From positions 3,200,001 to 3,264,000 of the forward strand of contig OZ245817.1 in the NCBI GenBank assembly GCA_965228475.1: a stretch of DNA of 64,000 nt, given 5' to 3'. The notes beneath the pieces were generated by a model. It was not told where the DNA came from. It did not search any database and saw only the letters and a program-made list of their open reading frames with translations. Of the stretch, positions 10,638 through 20,195 are shown one piece after another (the first letter of the stretch is position 1; every line of letters begins with the position of its first letter). This stretch comes from Myxococcota bacterium (GTDB lineage Bacteria; Myxococcota_A; UBA9160; JAFDDA01). The translations under genes were made by a program, and so were the position numbers.

Positions 10638-11294
10638 ATGTCGCAGCGCGCCTCGAGACTCGTCACGCCGATCGCCCTGGCGGGGCTCCTCCTGCTCTCG
10701 GGCTGCACGACCGCCTACTACGGCGTGATGGAGCAGTTCGGCCAGGAGAAGCGCCACATCCTGGCGGACCGCGTCGAGGCCAGCCGCTCGGAGCAAGGCG
10801 AAGCCCAGGAGGAGTTCCAGGACGCCTACGACCAGTTCAAGTCCGTCACCGGCTACGACGGCGGCGACGTCGAGGCCGTGTATCGCGACCTCGCTGCGGC
10901 CCTCGAGCGCTCCGAGAACAAGGCCCAACGCGTGAGCCAGCGCATCGATTCGGTTGAAGAGGTGGCCCAGGACCTCTTCGCCGAGTGGCGCGGGGAGATC
11001 GAACAGATCAGCAATCCGGAGCTTCGCCGCAGCAGCTCCCGCAGCCTCCAGGCGACCGAGGTCCGCTACGAAGCGCTGCTGCGGGCGATGCAGCGCGCCG
11101 AGGCGCGCATGGAACCCGTGCTCGTCGCCTTCCGCGACCAGGTCCTCTTCCTGAAGCACAACCTGAACGCGCGGGCGATCGCTTCGCTCGAGGGGACGGT
11201 GCTCTCCATCGAGGGCGACGTGCAGACGCTCCTGAACGATCTCGGCCAGGCGATCCAGGAGGCGGACCGCTTCCTTCGGACGCTCGAGGGCTGA
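10638..11294 (+). CDS. DUF2959 family lipoprotein
   Basis: Lipobox LSGC, AYYGVME, FRDQVLFLKHNLNARAI. Confidence 0.85.
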   Translation: MSQRASRLVTPIALAGLLLLSGCTTAYYGVMEQFGQEKRHILADRVEASRSEQGEAQEEFQDAYDQFKSVTGYDGGDVEAVYRDLAAALERSENKAQRVSQRIDSVEEVAQDLFAEWRGEIEQISNPELRRSSSRSLQATEVRYEALLRAMQRAEARMEPVLVAFRDQVLFLKHNLNARAIASLEGTVLSIEGDVQTLLNDLGQAIQEADRFLRTLEG

Positions 11295-11312
11295 ACCCGA
11301 ACGCCGCCGGCC

Positions 11313-11621
11313 CTAGCGGTCGAGGATCACCTCGAAGCCCTCGAAGACCGGGTGTCCCAGGTAGGTGCCCTTCGGCGCGCGCGCCTGGGCGTGGGCCTTC
11401 TTGAAGGACTCGGACCGGGTCCAGTCGGAGAAGGCGCTCTCGGAATCCCAGACGGTGTGGGAAGCATAGAGGGTGCACTCCTCGTCCTTCGGGCCGCGCA
11501 GCAGCCGGAAGTCCCGGAAGCCCGGGACGCCGTCGAGATGGCGTTCGCGCTCGCGCCAGAGGGTTTCGAAGTCTTCCTCGCGCCCGAGGGCGATGCGGAA
11601 ACGATTCATCGCGATGAACAT
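11313..11621 (-). CDS. Antibiotic biosynthesis monooxygenase / IsdG-like heme-degrading family
   Basis: MFIAMNRF, W..SESFKKAH, YLGHPVFEGF. Confidence 0.85.
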   Translation of the reverse strand: MFIAMNRFRIALGREEDFETLWRERERHLDGVPGFRDFRLLRGPKDEECTLYASHTVWDSESAFSDWTRSESFKKAHAQARAPKGTYLGHPVFEGFEVILDR

Positions 11622-11631
11622 GGTTCTCTCC

Positions 11632-12303
11632 TTAGCCCGTCGCCTCGGCGCTGCAACAGCCGGGCTCGTGGACGCAGCGGCAGCCGAGAACGGCCAGGCC
11701 CGCACCGCACACCGGCGCCGCGAGGTAGAGCCAGAGCGAGCCGAGCTGGCCCGAGACGAGTGCCGGGCCGAGCGAGCGGGCGGGATTCATCGAAGCGCCG
11801 GTCAGCGGCCCGGCGAACAGGGCGCACAGCGCGACGGTGCCGCCGATCGCGAGGCCCGCGGTGATCCCCTTCTCCTTGGCACCGGTCGAGACGCCGAGGA
11901 TCACGAACATCAGGAAGAAGGTGAGGACGATCTCGAGGGCGAAGGCCGCCGGGAGCGCGACCGAAGGCGCCGTTCGCCCGAGCGTCGCGTGGTCCGGGAA
12001 GAGCAGCCGGAGCAGGCCGCTCGCCAGGAGCGCGCCGCCGACCTGGCTCGCGACGTAGGCGGGCACGTCGGCGCCGGGCATCCGGCGCGCGAAGAAGAAG
12101 CCGAGCGTCACGGCGGGGTTGAAGTGCGCGCCCGAGACGTCGCCGACGGCCTGGATCATCGCCATCACGACCAGCCCGAAGACGAGCGCGATGCCGAGCG
12201 TGCCGAAGCCGCCCCCCGCCACTTCGTCCACGACGATGGCGGCGGTGCCGGCGAAGACCAGCGCGAAGGTGCCGATCGCCTCGGCTGCGCAGCGTCGCGT
12301 CAC
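11632..12303 (-). CDS. MIP family aquaporin/aquaglyceroporin
   Basis: SGAHFNPAVT and GASMNPARS; GTGA overlap with upstream stop. Confidence 0.92.
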   Translation of the reverse strand: MTRRCAAEAIGTFALVFAGTAAIVVDEVAGGGFGTLGIALVFGLVVMAMIQAVGDVSGAHFNPAVTLGFFFARRMPGADVPAYVASQVGGALLASGLLRLLFPDHATLGRTAPSVALPAAFALEIVLTFFLMFVILGVSTGAKEKGITAGLAIGGTVALCALFAGPLTGASMNPARSLGPALVSGQLGSLWLYLAAPVCGAGLAVLGCRCVHEPGCCSAEATG

Positions 12304-12719
12304 TGGGGCGCCGGGACGAGCGTTCCCGAGGTCGCGATCAGCCTCGAATCGGCGAGCGCCGCAGTGCGATGGGGCGCGATGGCCTGATACTCCGGCGAGG
12401 AGACCATCTCGACGAACGCCTTCCGGGACGGATATTCGACGAGGATCGCGTTGTCCCACTCCTCGCCCGCTTCCGCGATCAGCGCGCTTCGGACCAGCCC
12501 GATCCAGATCGGACGGGCGCCGGCGCGCCCGAGCAGCGGGGTCACGCCCTCGGAGTACCGGCCGTACGCCTCGGCGCCCGTGCAGGGTGCGGCCGCGAAG
12601 CCCTCTTCGTAGGCGGCCTCCTCGCGGTAGCGCAGGAGGTTGATCATCACGATCGGGCCGTCCTCGGGCTCCGCGAGGAACCGGCCGAGGGCTTCGGTGT
12701 CGGGTTCGATGACTGCCAT
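12300..12719 (-). CDS. DUF1330 domain protein
   Basis: GPIVMINLLRY, AYGRY, LVEYPSRKAF, HRTAALADSRL. Confidence 0.85.
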   Translation of the reverse strand: MAVIEPDTEALGRFLAEPEDGPIVMINLLRYREEAAYEEGFAAAPCTGAEAYGRYSEGVTPLLGRAGARPIWIGLVRSALIAEAGEEWDNAILVEYPSRKAFVEMVSSPEYQAIAPHRTAALADSRLIATSGTLVPAPQ

Positions 12720-12763
12720 GGCGCGCGAGCGTATCACGCCCTCGCAGCCAGAGCGGTCGAGCC

Positions 12764-13171
12764 TCAGCGGTTGGTCAGGAGCCCCGGCTTCTTCCACTTC
12801 GCCTCGGCACCCGCGGCGGCCGGCTTCTTCGGCAGCGGCGAGGCGATCGGCTCGAGCTTCTGCGTCCGCTCGACCCGGGCGACGCGCAGGGCATCCTCGG
12901 CCTTGGGCGCGCGGAGCCCGGCGTAGGCGGCCGAACAGCTCGCCGTGCTCCCGCCGGCCTCGGCGCAGAGTGCGAGCCAATCGCGCGCTTCCTGGACGGC
13001 GTCCCGGCGCGGCTCGGCGACGGTCTCACAGCGCAGCACGAACTGCTGGAGGTAGAGACCGTGGGCGATCCGCTGTTGTTTCGGATAGGTCACGCAGCGT
13101 TCGGCGGCGGACGCGAGGGGCGATCCGAGAAGCAGGGGGAGCAAGAGCAGCGAGAGCGAGAGCGGTTTCAT
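12764..13171 (-). CDS. Hypothetical secreted protein
   Basis: Signal peptide MKPLSLSLLLLPLLLGSPLASA, 4 Cys; GGAGG RBS. Confidence 0.65.
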   Translation of the reverse strand: MKPLSLSLLLLPLLLGSPLASAAERCVTYPKQQRIAHGLYLQQFVLRCETVAEPRRDAVQEARDWLALCAEAGGSTASCSAAYAGLRAPKAEDALRVARVERTQKLEPIASPLPKKPAAAGAEAKWKKPGLLTNR

Positions 13172-13198
13172 CGAGGCCTCCGGGAAGGCCGCAGGGTA

Positions 13199-13600
13199 TC
13201 AGCTCTTCGGGCGTTTCACGCGCGGCGGCCGCGCGACCTCGAGCTTCGCGTCCACGACCGTGCGCAAGTGCGCGAGCAAGGCCGCGCGAAACGGGCCGGA
13301 ATCCGCTTCGCCGGACCGGACGCGCTCGACGAGGGCGGCGTTCCGCTCCCGCACCGCCTCGCGCAACGCCTCGCGCGGCGCGGGCGGCGGCGACGCGTCT
13401 TCGAGCAGCGTGCCGAGGCCCTTCCACTCGGCCGCGAGATGCGCCTCCTCGGTCTCGATCTCGCGGGCGACGATCGCCACGACGTTCGCCGCAACGCGGG
13501 CGTGGAACCGGTTCGGGCCCGACAGGGCCGGCACGGCCTGCTCCTCGAGGAAGCGCTCGACCGCGCGCAGCAGCTCCGGTGCGGTGGGCTGGTCGTTCAC
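13199..13600 (-). CDS. DUF6285 / LvaB-like small partner of phosphotransferase
   Basis: DQPTAPELLRAVERFL, FHARVAANVVAIVARE; overlaps stop of the APH-family gene. Confidence 0.75.
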   Translation of the reverse strand: MNDQPTAPELLRAVERFLEEQAVPALSGPNRFHARVAANVVAIVAREIETEEAHLAAEWKGLGTLLEDASPPPAPREALREAVRERNAALVERVRSGEADSGPFRAALLAHLRTVVDAKLEVARPPRVKRPKS

Positions 13601-14640
13601 GATCCCCCTCCAGAGGTCTCCATGAGCTCGACCAGGGCTTCCTCCGCCTCGGCGGTGCGGCGCCCGAGGGAGGCGAGTTCGAGCGAGGGCATCGCTCCGG
13701 AGAGATGGACGTGGGCCTGGCGGATGAAGACGAGGGCCACCTTGAAGCTCCCGAGCGCCTCCCAGAAGCGAAGCGTTTCGAGCGAGACCTCCCCTCCCCC
13801 GCCGCGCTCGTAGGCCTCGAGCAGCGCCTCGCGCGTGCCGACGCCGCCGGCCGGCAGCGGGCTCCCGAAACGCCAGGCCTTGGTGCAGAACCAGCCGAGG
13901 TCCTCGGCCGGGTCGCCGACGTGGGCGAGCTCCCAGTCGAGAATCGCGACCACGCCCTTCTCGTCGAACATCACGTTCCCGATGCGGTAGTCGCCGTGGA
14001 CGAGGGTTTCGCGGCCGGGCGCGGGCAGGCGTTCGCGCAGCCAGCGCTCGGCGAGGTCGAGGATCGGGTGCGGATCCGGCGAGAGCTCGCGGATCGCCTT
14101 GGCGGTGAGTTCGAGCTGGTCCTCGGCCGGCGGACGGCCCGCGACCGGGCGGTCGAGGGTCCGCAGGCTCCGCTGATCGGTCTCCGTCGCGTGAATGCGG
14201 GCGAGCATCCCGCCGAGGGCCTCGACGATGCCCTCCCGTGTGGCCGCGTACGCCTCGTCGCGCAGCAGGCGGCGGGGGAGCGTTTCCCCGGCGAGCCGCT
14301 CCATCAGGAAGAAGGGCGTCTCGAGCACGTCGGGCTGGATGCAGGCCCAGTGGACCCGTGGAACCGGCACGCCCGTCGCGGCGACCCGGCGGATCAGCTC
14401 GAACTCGAGGCGGCGGTCCGATTCGCCCGCGCGCCCGGGCGGGTCGCGCCGCATCACCAGCTCGAGGCGCTCCGGGCCGTCGGGCGCGCTCTCGTCGAAG
14501 ACGACGTCGAGGGACCAGAGCTCGCGCGAGGCACCGCCGGCGAGCCGCGCGAGCCCCTCGATGCGGACGCTCCGCTCGGGGGCGCCGGCCTGGTGGGCCA
14601 CGAAGGCGCCCAGCCGCTCCGCCATCTCCTCGTTCGTCAT
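13597..14640 (-). CDS. APH-family phosphotransferase (LvaA / ACAD10-11 kinase-like)
   Basis: GGASRE, HGDYRIGN, LDWELAHVGDPAEDLGW. Confidence 0.88.
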   Translation of the reverse strand: MTNEEMAERLGAFVAHQAGAPERSVRIEGLARLAGGASRELWSLDVVFDESAPDGPERLELVMRRDPPGRAGESDRRLEFELIRRVAATGVPVPRVHWACIQPDVLETPFFLMERLAGETLPRRLLRDEAYAATREGIVEALGGMLARIHATETDQRSLRTLDRPVAGRPPAEDQLELTAKAIRELSPDPHPILDLAERWLRERLPAPGRETLVHGDYRIGNVMFDEKGVVAILDWELAHVGDPAEDLGWFCTKAWRFGSPLPAGGVGTREALLEAYERGGGGEVSLETLRFWEALGSFKVALVFIRQAHVHLSGAMPSLELASLGRRTAEAEEALVELMETSGGGS

Positions 14641-14644
14641 GGTC

Positions 14645-15850
14645 CTAGCGATCGAGCCAGCCGGGATCTCGCGTGAGGTCCTTGGTGATGTTCTTGTGGT
14701 GCGCTTCGAGGGTGCCGCCGCCGATCTCGATCAGCTTGGCATCCCGCCAGAGCCGCGCGACCACGTACTCCCCCATGTACCCGTACCCCCCGAGCACCTG
14801 CATCGCGGCGTCCGCGGCGCGCTTGGCGGCCTGGGAGGCGAAGAGCTTGGTCGCGTCGGCGTCCACGCGCTGGCCGACGGAGTCGAGCCGCAGCCGCCGC
14901 GCGGTGTCGTACACGAAGATCCGCGCGGCGCGCCACTCGGCGAACGTCTCGGCGATGTAGCGCTGGATCTGGCCGTGCTCGCGGATCGGCTTGCCGAAGG
15001 TCGTGCGCTCGTTCGCGTAGTCGATCATCACGCGCAGGCAGCGTTCGGCGATCCCGAGGGACATCGCCGCGAGCGTGAGCCGCTCGATCTCGAGGTTGCG
15101 CATCATGTGGATCGTGCCCTCGCCCTCGTCGCCCATGCGGTTCTCGAGCGGAACGCGCACGCCGTCGAAGACGAGCTCGCCGGTGAAGGAGGCCCGCATG
15201 CCGAGCTTGTCCTCCCACTTCTGGCCGAGCCGGAACCCTTCCATCCCCTTCTCGACGAGGAACGAGCTGATCACCTTGGGCTCGGTCGCGGCGTAGACGA
15301 TGAAGCAGTCGCCGAGCTCCTGGCCGTCGCTGGCGTTGGTGATGAAGGTCTTCGTCCCGTCGAGGACGTAGGCGTCGCCGTCGCGCCGGGCGCGGGTCTT
15401 CAGGTTCAGGACGTCGGTCCCGACGGCGGGCTCGGTCATGCACAGGCCACCGAGCCACTCGCCCGAGGCCGAGCGCGGCAGGATGTGCTTCTTCTGGAGC
15501 TCGCTGCCGTTCACCGCCACGTTGTTGGCGAAGAGGTACGCATGGGCCAGGACCGCCAGGGCGAACCCCGGGTCCGAGGTGCAGAGCGCCTCCATGATCT
15601 GGACGGCGGCCACCGCGTCGAGCCCGGCGCCCCCGTACTCCTCGGGCAGGGTCACCCCGAGCAGGCCGAGCTCCCCGGCCCGGCGGAAGAGTGCGTGGTT
15701 GAAGGTCTCGCTGCGATCGAACTCGGCGGCCTGGGGCTCGACCTCCTGGGCCACGAACTCGCGCAGCGTCTCCGCCAGCATGCGATGTTCCGGCGTCGGG
15801 GCGAGGAGATCGAACTCCTGCCAGCTTTCGGGCGAACTGGGGTCGGCCAT
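14645..15850 (-). CDS. Acyl-CoA dehydrogenase, isovaleryl-CoA dehydrogenase-like
   Basis: MTEPAVGTD, KTFITN, KLGMRAS, LEIERL (IVD-type catalytic Glu position), EIGGGT. Confidence 0.85.
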   Translation of the reverse strand: MADPSSPESWQEFDLLAPTPEHRMLAETLREFVAQEVEPQAAEFDRSETFNHALFRRAGELGLLGVTLPEEYGGAGLDAVAAVQIMEALCTSDPGFALAVLAHAYLFANNVAVNGSELQKKHILPRSASGEWLGGLCMTEPAVGTDVLNLKTRARRDGDAYVLDGTKTFITNASDGQELGDCFIVYAATEPKVISSFLVEKGMEGFRLGQKWEDKLGMRASFTGELVFDGVRVPLENRMGDEGEGTIHMMRNLEIERLTLAAMSLGIAERCLRVMIDYANERTTFGKPIREHGQIQRYIAETFAEWRAARIFVYDTARRLRLDSVGQRVDADATKLFASQAAKRAADAAMQVLGGYGYMGEYVVARLWRDAKLIEIGGGTLEAHHKNITKDLTRDPGWLDR

Positions 15851-15960
15851 GGGCCCTCCGGGTGGACGGGCAGAGTAGCTCCGGCGGGAGCGGGTTTCCC
15901 GGCCTCGGGGGCATTTCCCGGGCCCGCCCGGCGGCCGGCCGCCACCGACGGCGACGGGCC

Positions 15961-15976
15961 CGGCACCGCGGGTGCG
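15961..15976 (+). promoter_or_regulatory. Possible sigma54 promoter upstream of SPFH gene
   Basis: CGGCAC-CGCGG-GTGCG fits GG-N10-GC spacing, about 75 nt before ATG; weak match in GC-rich DNA. Confidence 0.35.
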
Positions 15977-16050
15977 CTTTTCCCCTGACCCCGGGCGTTC
16001 GACTTGGCAAATTCCCCCTGCGTACCCATCACGCCCCAGGAGACATCCCC

Positions 16051-16842
16051 ATGAAACGTTCGGCCCGCTTCGCCCGAATCGTCCTGCTTTCCCTCCTCCC
16101 GCTGGTCACCACCGCCTGCGTCATCATCGAAGACGGCGAAGTCGGCGTCTCGAAGAGCTTCGGCGCGATCGGCGACGAGCCCATCGGCCAGGGCATGACC
16201 TTCGTCATCCCCGTCGCCCGCCAGGTCGAGACCTGGAACGTGAAGCTCCAGGAGTACAAGGAGCAGGCGACCGTCCCCTCATCGGAGGGTCTGATCGTCG
16301 GCCTCGATACTTCGCTGCTCTTCCAGGTCGAAGCGGCTCGAGCACCCGAGATCCGCAAGACGATCGGCACCGAGCGCAAGTACTACCAGACATTGATCCT
16401 GCCCTACTTCCGCAACGCGCTGCGCGACGTCGTGGCGGGCTACCCGGTCCGCAACATCTACAGCGAGCAGGGGCGCAAGGAGATCGCCGACAAGATCAAG
16501 GCGAGCCTGGTCGAAAGCCTCGGGCCGCGCGGCGTGAACGTGGTCGACGTGCTCCTGCGCGACGTCCAGCTTCCGCAGCGCTTCCGCGAGAGCATCGAGG
16601 CCAAGCTCACCGCCGAGCAGCGCGTGCAGCAGAAGCAGTTCGAGCTCGAGCAGGCCGAGAAGGACGCCCAGATCGAGGTCGCGCGGGCGCGCGGTGCGGC
16701 GGAAGCCCAGAAGATCGTCCGCTCGACGCTCTCGAGCGCCTACCTGCAGTACCTGTGGATCAAGACCCTGAACGAGAACCCGAACGTGATCTACGTGGCG
16801 ACCGAAGCGAACATGCCGATCTTCAAGAACGCGGATCGCTAG
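16051..16842 (+). CDS. Prohibitin/SPFH (band 7) family protein
   Basis: GEVGV, SSEGL, LRDVQLP, IEAKLTAEQ, ARGAAEAQ; AGGAG RBS. Confidence 0.9.
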   Translation: MKRSARFARIVLLSLLPLVTTACVIIEDGEVGVSKSFGAIGDEPIGQGMTFVIPVARQVETWNVKLQEYKEQATVPSSEGLIVGLDTSLLFQVEAARAPEIRKTIGTERKYYQTLILPYFRNALRDVVAGYPVRNIYSEQGRKEIADKIKASLVESLGPRGVNVVDVLLRDVQLPQRFRESIEAKLTAEQRVQQKQFELEQAEKDAQIEVARARGAAEAQKIVRSTLSSAYLQYLWIKTLNENPNVIYVATEANMPIFKNADR

Positions 16843-16873
16843 GGCCGAACACAGCCCTTCCGAGCCCCGAGAA

Positions 16874-17509
16874 TCAGCTCGCGGCGAGTTCGTGGGTCAC
16901 GTAGCGCGCGATGGCCCGGCGGAAGTCGGGCCGGGTCGCGTGGAAGATCAGGCCGAGCTGCGGCATGAGCTGGTAGCTCGCCGAAGCCTGGGTCTCGATC
17001 GCGCCGAGCTCCGGCAGCTCGAAGGTCAGGTCGAGGACCGCGCCGAGCGGCGGCACCACCGACGATTTGATCAGACAGCCGTTCTCGGAGAGCGAGAGGA
17101 CTCGGGCGTCCCATTCCATGCTGTCGCGGCGGCAGCGCGCCTGCAGGCGCGTGGGCACGCGGGGGACGGAGCGCGGCTGCTCCTCGAGGGCTTCCTGGAG
17201 CACGCGATAGAGCTCGTGCAGGCCGGCCGGGGCCCGCACGGCGCCGACGATGATCTTGCCGTCCACGGCCGGCGCACCCCGCCAGCCCGTCAGCACGACG
17301 GTCGGGATCGACGAGGCCGCGGTGGTCTCGAAGATCTCGGGGAGACGCTTCTCCTCCACGACCTGCACGTCCGGCGGGCGCTCGGCGCGCTCGGCGTAGC
17401 ACTCGATCGGCACGATGTCGTAGCCGATCTTGGGCAGGATCTTGGAAGCCAGCGGCGAATAGCTCCGCTCACCGGCGTACGAGGCCACGATTCGGGGGGG
17501 TCGCTCCAT
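16874..17509 (-). CDS. PilZ domain protein with receiver-like N-terminus
   Basis: RSVPR (RxxxR) and SLSENG motifs. Confidence 0.75.
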   Translation of the reverse strand: MERPPRIVASYAGERSYSPLASKILPKIGYDIVPIECYAERAERPPDVQVVEEKRLPEIFETTAASSIPTVVLTGWRGAPAVDGKIIVGAVRAPAGLHELYRVLQEALEEQPRSVPRVPTRLQARCRRDSMEWDARVLSLSENGCLIKSSVVPPLGAVLDLTFELPELGAIETQASASYQLMPQLGLIFHATRPDFRRAIARYVTHELAAS

Positions 17510-17605
17510 GGTGAGGGGTTTATCGGCCAGGTTCGCTTCGCTATTGAGACGGGGTTTCCTTGAGAAGCCGGCGCGCAACGGGCCGGCGAACGGAGACCGA
17601 TCCAC

Positions 17606-18361
17606 TTGAGCGATGTAGGGATTGCGGCCGCGCACGCTCCCGCGCTCGCGGGATGGATCGTGCGGCAACGCCGGGCGATCGAGGCGTCCCTCGCCGCCGA
17701 ACTCGGCGAGCGGATGCCCGCGGTGACGTCTCCGGAAGCCGAGGCGCTGCGCCGCTTCCGCACGTTCGCTGCCTCCTGCCTGCTACGCGGCGTTCGCTCG
17801 GCGCCCGCGCTCGACGGCCTGAAGCTCGACGATGCCCGCGTCCGCAGCCTGATCGAGGCCTGGTGCGCGGCCGCGGAGCGGGTCGCCGGCCCGGCGGAGG
17901 GGCCCGCCACGCGCGCGGCCCTCGCCCCGCTCGCCGTCCAGTTCCTCACGGCGGTGCGCGGCACGCAGAGCAGCCGCCGGCGCCGCGGCGCCGCCCGCAC
18001 CGGAGCCCGGGCCGTGCGGGCCGCCATCGACCGCATCGCCGACGCCTTCCTCGCGATCGACCCGGACACGGGCCGGATCGTCGATGCCAACCCGGCCGCC
18101 GGCGCTCTGCTCGGCCTCCAGCGCGACGCGCTGCTGGCGAGCAACGTCGGGAAGTTCCTCGCGAGCCCGGACGCCGAGGAGTGGGTCGCCCAGATCGATG
18201 CCGTGGCCGAATGCGGCGAACCCACCCGCTTCCGGGCCGCGCTTCGCGACGGCGGCGGCCTGCGGATCCCGCTCGACGTCCAGGTCACGCGCCACGCGAC
18301 GCGCAAGCAGACCCTCGCCCTCGTCGTCGCGCGCCCCGCCGCGCCGGCACCCCCCGCCTAG
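17606..18361 (+). CDS. PAS domain protein with helical N-terminal domain
   Basis: DAFLAIDPDTGRIVDANPAAGALLG. Confidence 0.75.
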   Translation: MSDVGIAAAHAPALAGWIVRQRRAIEASLAAELGERMPAVTSPEAEALRRFRTFAASCLLRGVRSAPALDGLKLDDARVRSLIEAWCAAAERVAGPAEGPATRAALAPLAVQFLTAVRGTQSSRRRRGAARTGARAVRAAIDRIADAFLAIDPDTGRIVDANPAAGALLGLQRDALLASNVGKFLASPDAEEWVAQIDAVAECGEPTRFRAALRDGGGLRIPLDVQVTRHATRKQTLALVVARPAAPAPPA

Positions 18362-18433
18362 CCTTCGAGTCCCGTCCGCTCGGCGCACCGATGCCGCCCG
18401 AACCGGCGCCGGGAGTTGCTACGTTCCGCCGCC

Positions 18434-19375
18434 ATGCGACTCCTCGTCACCGGCGGTGCAGGTTTCATCGGGAGCCACGTGGCGGAGGCCGCACTCGCGG
18501 CCGGCCACGAGGTCTCGATCCTCGACGATCTCTCGACCGGCAAGCGGGAGAACCTGCCCGAAGGCGCGGCGTTCTTCGAAGCGGACGTGCGCGACCGCGA
18601 CGCCGTGCGCCGGGCCTTCGCCGAGGCGCGGCCGGAGGTCGTGAGCCACCAGGCGGCCCAGGCGAGCGTCTCGATCAGCGTGCGCGAGGCCGTCTTCGAC
18701 GCCGAGGTGAACGTGTGCGGCGGCCTCCAGATCATGGACGCCTGCGTGGCCGAAGGCGTCGGCCGCCTGCTGTTCGCCTCGACCGGCGGCGCCATCTACG
18801 GCGAAGTGCCCGAGGGCACCCTGGCGCGGGAGGACACGCCGCCCGTCCCGCTCTCGCCCTACGCCTGCGCGAAGCTCTCGGTCGAGCACTACCTCACCTG
18901 CTACGCGAGCGAGCACGGCCTCGCGAGCACGGTGCTGCGCTACGCCAACGTCTACGGCCCGCGGCAAGACCCGCACGGCGAGGCCGGCGTCGTGGCGATC
19001 TTTGCGCGCCGCCTCGTGGCCGGGGAGCCGATCCAGATCAACGCGCGCCGCGAGCCGGGCGACGATGGCTGCGTCCGCGACTACGTCCACGTCGACGACG
19101 TGGTCGCCGCGAACCTCGCCGCGATGGAAGGCCGCATCGACGTGCCGGTGCTGAACGTCTGCACGGGCGTCGCCACGGACACCCGGACGCTCGCGAAGCA
19201 CCTGAAGGAGCACCTCGCGAGCCGCTCCGAGTTCTCGGACGGCCCGCGCCGCGCCGGCGACGTCGAGCGCTCGGTGCTCGACCCCGCCGAACTCCACCGC
19301 CACCTCGGCACGGGCGTCGCCCTGGCCGAGGGCCTGGCGTCGACGGCCGACTGGTTCCGGAAAGAGACGCGCTAG
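18434..19375 (+). CDS. NAD-dependent epimerase/dehydratase (UDP-glucose 4-epimerase-like)
   Basis: TGGAGFIG, STGGAIYG, YACAK, YANVYGPRQDPHGEAGVV. Confidence 0.9.
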   Translation: MRLLVTGGAGFIGSHVAEAALAAGHEVSILDDLSTGKRENLPEGAAFFEADVRDRDAVRRAFAEARPEVVSHQAAQASVSISVREAVFDAEVNVCGGLQIMDACVAEGVGRLLFASTGGAIYGEVPEGTLAREDTPPVPLSPYACAKLSVEHYLTCYASEHGLASTVLRYANVYGPRQDPHGEAGVVAIFARRLVAGEPIQINARREPGDDGCVRDYVHVDDVVAANLAAMEGRIDVPVLNVCTGVATDTRTLAKHLKEHLASRSEFSDGPRRAGDVERSVLDPAELHRHLGTGVALAEGLASTADWFRKETR

Positions 19376-20118
19376 CCGCGCCTCCCCAGCACGATGACGA
19401 GCAGAGCGGCTCCGAGCAGCGCGAGAGGCGCCGCTTCGGGCACGGGGAGCACCGTGCCCGAGATCGTCAGGGTCGCGAAGATCGGCAGCGTGTTCCCGAG
19501 GAAGCCGACGTACGTGGGCGAAACGAGCTGGAGAGCAAAGCCCGGCGCCGGCGAGGACGCGACCTGGGAGAGAGTCGCCGTGCCGGTGTTCACGAGCCCG
19601 GTCCGCGTGGTCCAGCCCGCCGCGTCGTAGGCCGAGGTCGGTGCCGTTCCGGCGAAGCCACCCTGCCCTACGCGCATGGCATCCAGGTCGAGCGGAAGAA
19701 CGACGACGCCCGGGATGAGGTGGACGTTGAGACCGCCCGAGAGGCCGAGCAGCCCACCGATCCCGCCCCCGACGTTGCAGGCCTGGCGAGGGCCCGGAGG
19801 ACACGCCTCCCCCGCCGCCTGTCCGGTGAGGCCACCCAGGGAAAACGTGCCGCCCTGGAACGCGACTCCGGAGGAGGCCGTGAGCGCCGGGCGGGTCACG
19901 GGAAACGAAACCGTCGGAAGGACCTGGGGGAAGGCGGATCCCGGCAGTACCACGGTCGTCCCGGTCACGGAGATCGTGGCGACGCCGGAGAGCGAGACCG
20001 GCAGGAAGCCGGGGCTCTGCAGCTCGAGCACCAGATTCGCGAGCACCGGCGCGGCCCGCGCTGCGGGTGCGAAACCGAACGGGACCGTCAGCAAGCCGAG
20101 AAGAAGCGCGAACCGCAT
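19372..20118 (-). CDS. PEP-CTERM-type surface protein
   Basis: Signal peptide; C-terminal VPEA-hydrophobic-RR; paralog of 22123..22866. Confidence 0.8.
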   Translation of the reverse strand: MRFALLLGLLTVPFGFAPAARAAPVLANLVLELQSPGFLPVSLSGVATISVTGTTVVLPGSAFPQVLPTVSFPVTRPALTASSGVAFQGGTFSLGGLTGQAAGEACPPGPRQACNVGGGIGGLLGLSGGLNVHLIPGVVVLPLDLDAMRVGQGGFAGTAPTSAYDAAGWTTRTGLVNTGTATLSQVASSPAPGFALQLVSPTYVGFLGNTLPIFATLTISGTVLPVPEAAPLALLGAALLVIVLGRRG

Positions 20119-20195
20119 GGGAGCCTCCCTTCCGGACCTCGACACCTGGCGGTGCCCCCGTACAGGAAGTGGCGCCGGGGGCCCGAGGCGTGGCA

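Noticed and set aside
14645..15850. ACAD as the missing methylsuccinyl-CoA dehydrogenase
   Set aside because: 401 aa with IVD-type motifs; known Mcd proteins are longer, with an N-terminal extension.
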